DNA of 64,000 bases, from the NCBI GenBank assembly GCA_021787855.1, contig JAJYLI010000001.1, positions 3,274 through 67,273 on the forward strand, given 5' to 3'. The translations under genes were made by a program, and so were the position numbers. The notes beneath the pieces were generated by a model that was given only the letters and a program-made list of their open reading frames with translations, was not told the origin of the DNA and ran no database searches. Below, piece by piece: positions 56,895-64,000 of the stretch. This DNA comes from a bacterium (GTDB taxonomy: Bacteria; Gemmatimonadota; Gemmatimonadetes; Gemmatimonadales; JACORV01). How positions within the stretch are numbered: position 1 is the first letter of the stretch; the number at the start of each line of letters is the position of its first letter.

Positions 56895-58046
56895 ATGGTG
56901 CGGACCGCCGACCGGCATCCTCCCCGACGCTACGTGCGCAGCAGTGACGAGTTGCGCACCCTGATGCGGCGGGTGGGGCGTGAGAGCCTCGTGGCAATGG
57001 ACACGGAGGCGGCGAGTTTTCACCGCTTCGTGGATCGCATCTACCTCATCCAGCTCTCGACTTCGCGCGAGACGGCCATCATTGATCCCCTGACGGTGGA
57101 GGACGTCACGACGTTGGGGGCGGTGCTGGCGGACCCGGCGATCGAGGTGGTCTTCCACGACGCCGACTACGATCTGCGCATTCTCGATCGCGATTACGGC
57201 TTCCATGCGCGGCGTCTGTTCGACACGCGCGTCGCGGCGCAGCTGCTGGGAGAGCCGGCCGTGGGGCTGGCCGCGCTGCTGGAGAAGCACGTCGGGGTCG
57301 CCGTGGACAAGAAATATCAGCGGGCCGACTGGTCGCGGCGGCCGTTGCCGCCGGAGATGCTGGAATACGCCGCGACCGACACCTCGCACCTGCTGGCGCT
57401 GCGCGAGCGCCTGCGGGCGGAGTTGGAGGCGCGCGGCCGGCTGTCCTGGGCCGAGGAAGAATTCGCCCGCCTGGAAGGCGTGCGGTGGAACCCGGTCGAG
57501 GCCAACGGGGGCGCGTTCCTGCGCGTCAAGGGCGCGCGGAGGCTGAGCCGGCGCGGTCTGGCGGTGTTGCGGGAGCTGGTTCCCTGGCGCGAGGCCATCG
57601 CGGCCGAGCTGGATCGGGCGAGCTTCCGGGTGGTATCGAACGACGCCCTGCTGGCGTTGTCCGCCGCGCCGCCCCATTCCGCGGAGGAGTTGTCGCAGGT
57701 CAAGGGCCTGTCACCGCGGCTGGTGGTCGAACGCGGCGCCTCGCTCCTCACGGTCATCGCGCGCGGCCTCGCCGTGCCGGACAAGGACCTGCCGCGGTTC
57801 CCGCGCGCCGCCCGCCGGGCCCCGGATCCCGCCTTCGACCAGGCCGTGGACCGGCTGAAGCGGGTGCGCAACCAGATGGCCGAGCGCTTGAACCTCGATC
57901 CCGGAGTCCTGTGCCCCAACGGAACGCTGGAGGCGGTGGCCCGCGCCCGCCCCGCGACGCGGGATGCGCTGCGGGACGTGCCGGAGCTGCGCCAGTGGCA
58001 GATGGAAACGCTGGGGGCGGAGTTTCTTTCGGCCCTCGGAAGCTAG
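56895..58046 (+). CDS. rnd: Ribonuclease D (DEDD 3'-5' exonuclease plus HRDC domains)
   Basis: VAMDTEAASF, FHDADYDLRIL and YAATDTSHLL. Start taken at ATG 56895. Confidence 0.85.
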   Translation: MVRTADRHPPRRYVRSSDELRTLMRRVGRESLVAMDTEAASFHRFVDRIYLIQLSTSRETAIIDPLTVEDVTTLGAVLADPAIEVVFHDADYDLRILDRDYGFHARRLFDTRVAAQLLGEPAVGLAALLEKHVGVAVDKKYQRADWSRRPLPPEMLEYAATDTSHLLALRERLRAELEARGRLSWAEEEFARLEGVRWNPVEANGGAFLRVKGARRLSRRGLAVLRELVPWREAIAAELDRASFRVVSNDALLALSAAPPHSAEELSQVKGLSPRLVVERGASLLTVIARGLAVPDKDLPRFPRAARRAPDPAFDQAVDRLKRVRNQMAERLNLDPGVLCPNGTLEAVARARPATRDALRDVPELRQWQMETLGAEFLSALGS

Positions 58047-58342
58047 CCCCAGAGCAGGGAACGGACGCGCGGATCCATCTTGTCCGGCGTCCAGTACGGC
58101 TCCCAGACCAGCTCGACGTCCGCCTTCGATACGCCCTCGAGCCCCTCGAGCACGCCTTGCGCCTCCGACAGCATCTCCGGGCCGGCGGGGCAGCCGGGCG
58201 ACGTGAGGGTCATCTGGACGTGCACGGCTCCGCCCTCGGCAACCTCGATCTCATAGACCAGACCGAGGTCAACGACGTTGAGGTTGAGCTCCGGATCCTT
58301 GACGGCGCGCAACGCGTCGCGCACCTGCTCGACGCTGACCAT
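58043..58342 (-). CDS. DUF59 / MIP18-family Fe-S assembly protein (SufT/PaaD-like)
   Basis: VKDPELNLNVVDLGLVYEI...MTLTSPGCPAG. Size is 99 aa. It shares a CTAG stop overlap with rnd. Confidence 0.85.
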   Translation of the reverse strand: MVSVEQVRDALRAVKDPELNLNVVDLGLVYEIEVAEGGAVHVQMTLTSPGCPAGPEMLSEAQGVLEGLEGVSKADVELVWEPYWTPDKMDPRVRSLLWG

Positions 58343-58393
58343 GGTTCCCGTTCCCGAGTGGATGCAGCAACCTAGCCCGTTGTCGCCTGTCCA

Positions 58394-58762
58394 TCAATCG
58401 TCCCGGCGGCAGGCAGGCGAGCCGCAGCCGAGCTGGTGCCGGTGGCGGGCCACCCACGCGTAGACCATGGCGGCGGCCCGCGGCATGAGCGGCAGGGCGA
58501 GAGGCCCGGCGAGCCAGCGCCCGCCCGGCAGCAGCCCGAGCAGCGGCCGGGCGGCCGCTGCCCCGGCATACACGCGGCCGTCCGGTGCCACCAGGTGCGC
58601 GGCGGCGGCCAGGGCGCCGCGGGAGAGGTCCGGCCGGTCCCGCCACGCCGTTTCCTCCTGCCACGGCACACAACGCACCAGGGCCCCGCGGTCCCAGCGC
58701 TTGAGCCGTGCCACCCAGCGCCGGCAGAAGGCGCACTGTCCGTCGTAGAGCAGGGTCCACAC
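58394..58762 (-). CDS. DCC-family thiol-disulfide oxidoreductase (DUF393)
   Basis: N-terminal WTLLYDGQCAFCRRWV motif. GTG 58762 is the only in-frame start after the upstream stop at 58816. The ORF-track extension to 59098 overlaps the radical SAM gene. Confidence 0.75.
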   Translation of the reverse strand: MWTLLYDGQCAFCRRWVARLKRWDRGALVRCVPWQEETAWRDRPDLSRGALAAAAHLVAPDGRVYAGAAAARPLLGLLPGGRWLAGPLALPLMPRAAAMVYAWVARHRHQLGCGSPACRRDD

Positions 58763-58815
58763 CGCCGCCGCGGCGGGCGGAGCGGGGATCGCAGACCGCG
58801 CGGACCGGGCGGCGG

Positions 58816-59925
58816 CTACGACCAGAGTCCCGGAATCCGCGCGCCGCACGAGGGACACAAGCCTTCCGGGCCGATCCGCTGCCGCCGGATCTGATAGCCG
58901 AATCGCTCGATCAGCAGGTCGCCGCAGTCCGGGCACCAGGTGTGCTCCCAGCGCCCGACCCGGCCCGGCAGGTTGCCCGCGTACACGAACTTGAGACCGG
59001 TGTCGCGGCCGATCTCGCACGCGCGCACCAGATCCGCCGCCGTGGTGTTGCGCGGATCGGTCATCCGGTAGTCCTGATGGAACGCGGTGAGGTGCCACGG
59101 AATCGTGGGCGAGACCGCCGCGATGGCCTCAGCCATCCGGCGCAGATCGTCGGTCGCGTCGTTGAAGCCCGGTACGACCAGCGTCACCACTTCGACCCAG
59201 AACCCGCGCTGGTGGGCCATCCGGATGGCGTCGAGGACGTGCTCGAGCACGCCGCCCAGCGAGCGGTAGGCTCGGCTCTGCATCGCCTTGAGGTCAATCT
59301 TGTAGCCGTCGGTCCAGGGGCGGATGTAGTCGAGCGCCTCGGGGGTCGCGTTGCCGTTCGAGACGAAGGCCGTCTTGAGTCCGGCCGCCCGCGCCAGCCG
59401 GAAGACCTCCACACCCCACTCCGCCGTGATCAGCGGTTCGTTGTAGGACGACGCGACGGAGCGCGCCCCGTGCTGGAGGCCCAGCCCGACGAGCGTCTCC
59501 GCCGACACGTCGCTCGCCGGGGTGCCCGCCGTAGGGTCCCGCAGCGCCTGGGATGTGAGCCAGTTCTGGCAGTAGCCGCAGTGAAAGTCGCAGCCCAGCA
59601 TCCCGAACGTGAGGCAGTCCGATCCCGGCAGCAGATGGTAGAACGGCTTCTTCTCGATCGGATCCACCTGGACGCCCGCGGCATAGCCGTGCGGCACCAT
59701 GAGCGTGCCCGCGCGGTTGAACCGGACCTTGCAGATGCCCCGGCGCTCCGCCCGGATGAGGCACCGGTGCCCGCAGGCCACGCAGCGGACCGATCCCTCG
59801 GCGCCCTCGGGGTGCCACAACTCGCCCGCCCGCGCGCGCTGGTCGAGCAGGTCTTCGAGGAGCGCGGTCGGGCCGCCATGTCCCTGCAGCACCGGGACGG
59901 CTCGACGCGGTGAGACGGGGGCCAT
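58816..59925 (-). CDS. AmmeMemoRadiSam-system-type radical SAM enzyme
   Basis: Radical SAM motif CDFHCGYCQNW, N-terminal VRCVACGHRCLI...GICKVR, and C-terminal CPDCG...CPSCG ribbon. Start trimmed to MAPVSPRR (ATG 59925). Confidence 0.8.
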   Translation of the reverse strand: MAPVSPRRAVPVLQGHGGPTALLEDLLDQRARAGELWHPEGAEGSVRCVACGHRCLIRAERRGICKVRFNRAGTLMVPHGYAAGVQVDPIEKKPFYHLLPGSDCLTFGMLGCDFHCGYCQNWLTSQALRDPTAGTPASDVSAETLVGLGLQHGARSVASSYNEPLITAEWGVEVFRLARAAGLKTAFVSNGNATPEALDYIRPWTDGYKIDLKAMQSRAYRSLGGVLEHVLDAIRMAHQRGFWVEVVTLVVPGFNDATDDLRRMAEAIAAVSPTIPWHLTAFHQDYRMTDPRNTTAADLVRACEIGRDTGLKFVYAGNLPGRVGRWEHTWCPDCGDLLIERFGYQIRRQRIGPEGLCPSCGARIPGLWS

Positions 59926-60250
59926 GACCGAATACTGGGGAAGCGCTTGCCGCGGCGCCAGGGGGTTGGCCGGGATCCCCGCGTGTCGTTGAAACCGCTT
60001 GCGGCGCTTGCGCTTGGCCCGGTTGGCGCCGGCCCCAAGTCCCCGCCGCCCGGCGGCCCGCGCGCGCCGGCCTGCCGCAGGGATCCCGAGCCAGCCGTCG
60101 CCCCGCCCTCCCCGCCGCGGGCATGGGCGCCCGCGGCTATCCCGAGGTCCGACGCGCGGTTGCGCATCGGCGCCTGAACGCGCAATATGCGCCCCTCTGA
60201 GTGCAGCAACCGGGGCGCCGCTGGGGAGCTGAGTTGACGGGAATGTCCGT

Positions 60251-62548
60251 GTGATCAGACTGCCGGCCCGGACCATCGTCCGCTGGCGCTGGCCGATCGT
60301 GGTAGGCTGGGTCGCGCTCACCGCGGCCATGGTCCCGCTGGGACGCAACCTGCACGAGCGCCTGCACGTCGGCGGGCAGAACCTGTCGCACACGGAGTCC
60401 ACCCGGGCCGAAGACATCATCCGGGACGACTTCGACTCGCCCTACGCCGCGTTCGCGGCGGTCGCCATCCAGCATCCCACCCTCACGCTCGGGAGCCGCC
60501 GCTACCGGGCGTACGTGGACTCGATCACCGCGGCGTTGCGCCGGCTGCCGTTCGTGCTCCAGACCCTCAACTGGCGGAACTCCGACGACCCGTCGTTCCG
60601 GAGCCGGGACGGGCGGACCACGTTCGTGCTGGTGGGCCTGTCGGCCGACAGCTCGGCGACCACCGACACGCCGTTGCTGCGCAGCACGGTCGCCGGCGTG
60701 CAGCAGCGCCTCGGCAGCGATTTCAAGACGTACGTGACCGGCGATCCCGCGTTCGACTACGACCTCAGGACGACCGCCGCGGACGATTCGCGCCGGATGG
60801 AGCAGCGGCTGGTGCCCGCCACCATCGTGCTGCTGCTGCTGACCTTCGGCGCCCTGGTGGCCGTTCTGCTCCCGATCTCCGTCGGCGTCATCGCGATCAC
60901 CGTCAGCCTCGGCCTGGTGGCCCTGGCCGCGACCGTGATCCCGATGTCCATCTTCGTGCTGAACCTGACGACGATGATCGGGCTCGGAGTGGGCATTGAC
61001 TACTCGCTCCTGGTGGTCACCAGGTTCCGGGAGGAGCTGGAGTACGCGCCGAGCCGGCTGGAGGCGGCGGAGGAGACGATCCGCACGGCCTCGCGCACGG
61101 TGGTGGCCTCGGGCGGCACGGTCATCGTGGGGTTCGTCGCCCTGATGTTCGTGCCGCTGCAGGAGACCCGCTCGGTCGGGCTGGCGGGCGTGTTCGTGGT
61201 GGCGACCTCCATCGCGCTGGCGGTGACCTTCCTGCCGGCCGTGCTGGCGATTCTCGGCCGCCACGTGGACCAGCCGCAGTGGCTGGAGCGCCGGCTCCGG
61301 CGGCTGCGCTTCGGCCGGGGCTGGAACCGCTACGCCCGGGCAATCTCCCGCCACCCGTGGCGCGCCATCACCCTCTCCGGCGCGATCGCGGTGACGCTGG
61401 CGCTCCCGGCCCTGTGGCTGCGGATGGGTCTGCCGGTGGTCGGGTTCTTCCCCGCCAACACCGACTCGGCGCGGGGGCTGGCCGTGCTCGAGGACATGGG
61501 GCATGGCGGCGCGCTGCGGCCGCTGAAGCTGGTGCTCCAGACGACCGACGGCAGCCCGATGCTGGAGCTGGACCGGCTGCGCGGACTGCGCGTGCTCTCC
61601 GATTCGCTCCGCGCCAATCCCCGCGTGGCCCAGGTGCGCGGCCTGGTGGACCTGCGGCCCGGGGTGCCGCTGTGGCAGTACATCGAGCTGTACGGCGATA
61701 CCGCGGCCGCGCGGCGGCGCATGCCGATCGTCTTCAAGGAGTTCCTGAGCCACGACGGCCGCGCGACCGCCTTCGACGTGGTGCTGCAGGACTCGGTCTC
61801 GCTCCAGGGCTCCATGGAGCTGGTGCGCGAGGTGCGCCGCATCAACGTCCGGGCGCTGCCCATGATGGGCGATGTCCGCATGCTGATCGGGGGGTTCTCC
61901 GCCTCGAACCTCGACTTCAGGACCAAGGTCGAGGGGCTGTTCCCGCTGCTCGCCGTCCTGGTGCTCGGGATCACCGCGATCATGCTGGCGCTGGTGTTCC
62001 GGTCGGTGCTGGTGCCCATCAAGGCCGTGGTGATGAACTCGCTGACGGTGTCCGCGTCCTTCGGCCTGATGGTGCTGGTGTTCCAGTGGGGGCTGGGCGG
62101 GTCGTTCTTCGGCCTCCCGGGCCCCACGCAGGCGATCTTCTCGATCACCCCGGTCCTGGTGTTCGCGATCGTGTTCGGGCTCTCGATGGACTACGAGGTG
62201 TTCCTGCTGTCGCGCATCAAGGAGGAGTTCGACGCCTCCCACGACAACGACGAGGCGACCGTGTCCGGCCTCACCGCCACCGGGGCGACGATCACCAATG
62301 CGGCGCTGATCATGATCCTGGTGTTCGGAGCGTTCGCGTTCGCCCGCGTGATGGCGGTGCAGATGATCAGTTTCGGGCTCGCGGTGGCGGTGCTCCTCGA
62401 CGCCACCGTGATCCGCATCGCCATGGTCCCGGGGGTGATGTACCTCGCCGGCCACCTGAACTGGTGGCCCGGCTACCGGCGCCCCGCGGGCGGCTCGCTG
62501 CGCCGCGCCAGCGGCGAGGTCGGAGGGAGCGGGCGCCCCACCACCTGA
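60251..62548 (+). CDS. MMPL family (RND superfamily) membrane transporter
   Basis: Two 6-TM bundles with large loops, and GIDYSLLVVTRFREEL and GLSMDYEVFLLSRIKEE motifs. Confidence 0.9.
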   Translation: MIRLPARTIVRWRWPIVVGWVALTAAMVPLGRNLHERLHVGGQNLSHTESTRAEDIIRDDFDSPYAAFAAVAIQHPTLTLGSRRYRAYVDSITAALRRLPFVLQTLNWRNSDDPSFRSRDGRTTFVLVGLSADSSATTDTPLLRSTVAGVQQRLGSDFKTYVTGDPAFDYDLRTTAADDSRRMEQRLVPATIVLLLLTFGALVAVLLPISVGVIAITVSLGLVALAATVIPMSIFVLNLTTMIGLGVGIDYSLLVVTRFREELEYAPSRLEAAEETIRTASRTVVASGGTVIVGFVALMFVPLQETRSVGLAGVFVVATSIALAVTFLPAVLAILGRHVDQPQWLERRLRRLRFGRGWNRYARAISRHPWRAITLSGAIAVTLALPALWLRMGLPVVGFFPANTDSARGLAVLEDMGHGGALRPLKLVLQTTDGSPMLELDRLRGLRVLSDSLRANPRVAQVRGLVDLRPGVPLWQYIELYGDTAAARRRMPIVFKEFLSHDGRATAFDVVLQDSVSLQGSMELVREVRRINVRALPMMGDVRMLIGGFSASNLDFRTKVEGLFPLLAVLVLGITAIMLALVFRSVLVPIKAVVMNSLTVSASFGLMVLVFQWGLGGSFFGLPGPTQAIFSITPVLVFAIVFGLSMDYEVFLLSRIKEEFDASHDNDEATVSGLTATGATITNAALIMILVFGAFAFARVMAVQMISFGLAVAVLLDATVIRIAMVPGVMYLAGHLNWWPGYRRPAGGSLRRASGEVGGSGRPTT

Positions 62549-62555
62549 GCGGGAA

Positions 62556-62581
62556 GGCCGCGGGGCGCTCCGCCCCCGGCC
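62556..62581. terminator. GC-rich hairpin between the convergent MMPL and DUF4031 genes
   Basis: GGCCG(C)GGGGC-loop-GCCCC-CGGCC: 5+5 bp with one bulge and no U-tract. Its function is uncertain. Confidence 0.3.
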
Positions 62582-62593
62582 TCCAGACCGGGC

Positions 62594-62860
62594 TCACCGC
62601 GGCGGCAGCAGGTCTCCCCACAGGTCCCAGTGCCACGCCGGCACGCGCTCGCCGGTCCGGGGATCGCGCAGCGGCTTGAACTGCAGCCACCGCGGGTCGA
62701 GGCCGGCCGACTGCCCCCACGCCACCAGCCTGGCGCGGTCGCTGCTCACCAGGTGCGCCATCGGCCGGTGATCGAGCGTGAACCGGTGCAGCCACAGCCC
62801 GCCGTCCAGGGCGTGGAGGAGCCCTTCGCGCCGACGGGAAAACTCCCGCCACTCCGCCAC
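62594..62860 (-). CDS. DUF4031-like small protein
   Basis: MAHLVSSDRARLVAWGQSAGLDPRWLQF...WHWDL resembles the DUF4031 pattern (xHLxxD..eL..fA..lGl.r.W.q....HyDl). The gene begins 2 nt after the polA stop. Confidence 0.5.
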   Translation of the reverse strand: MAEWREFSRRREGLLHALDGGLWLHRFTLDHRPMAHLVSSDRARLVAWGQSAGLDPRWLQFKPLRDPRTGERVPAWHWDLWGDLLPPR

Positions 62861-62861
62861 G

Positions 62862-64000
<1,139 letters not shown>

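Noticed and set aside
56741-56997. Small ORFs 56741..56947(+) and 56785..56997(-) in the low-GC island.
   Set aside because: Their codon usage is unlike the rest of the genome. They have no RBS and no recognisable domains, and they overlap each other and the rnd 5' region.
59926-60420. The 165-aa N-terminal extension of the radical SAM ORF in the track. Similar extensions: SufB to 42847, E1 to 15067, GH38 from 46054, LOG to 27676, Lon to 7524.
   Set aside because: The extensions lack family similarity and have junk-like composition. They often overlap the neighbouring gene or its promoter. An internal ATG or GTG reproduces the expected family N-terminus.

Overview
This is a 64-kb stretch of a very GC-rich bacterial chromosome (about 70% GC judged by eye, not computed). 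It is densely coding, with about 58 protein genes. I found no rRNA or tRNA genes, no CRISPR array, and no transposase, integrase or phage genes. Most long ORFs in the supplied track are GC-rich shadow frames (Arg/Pro/Gly/Ala-rich). Real genes were picked by recognisable family motifs and GC3 bias, and several starts were trimmed or moved to GTG/TTG.

The content is mainly housekeeping:
- A permuted aconitase-family gene (partial), lon, and a Ser/Thr kinase.
- A fused E1 alpha/beta 2-oxoacid dehydrogenase coupled to a giant membrane spermidine-synthase-like protein.
- A fadI/fadJ-like beta-oxidation operon that ends in proline dehydrogenase, an unknown 108-aa protein and DUF1015.
- glpD, queG and a LOG-family gene.
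- A 17-gene minus-strand array (29.1-42.8 kb): sufR-sufBCDSU, DJ-1, an ABC-2 exporter, parS-parA-parB, an M23 peptidase, a bactofilin, Nif3 and a phosphoesterase.
- A CUT2 sugar ABC transporter with an embedded secreted GH38 alpha-mannosidase.
- A TPP riboswitch with thiC, and a 2-oxoacid:ferredoxin oxidoreductase with a beta-gamma fusion plus a 7Fe ferredoxin.
- rnd, an orphan AmmeMemoRadiSam-type radical SAM gene, an MMPL transporter, and polA (partial).

I do not see a defence island or an unambiguous new system. The best candidates for follow-up are:
- the parS-parAB-LmdC-like M23-bactofilin unit;
- the PRODH-unknown-DUF1015 module;
- the E1/spermidine-synthase-like coupling;
- the periplasmic GH38 inside the ABC operon;
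- a secreted metallopeptidase with no canonical start codon.

A Gemmatimonadota-like lineage is only a guess.
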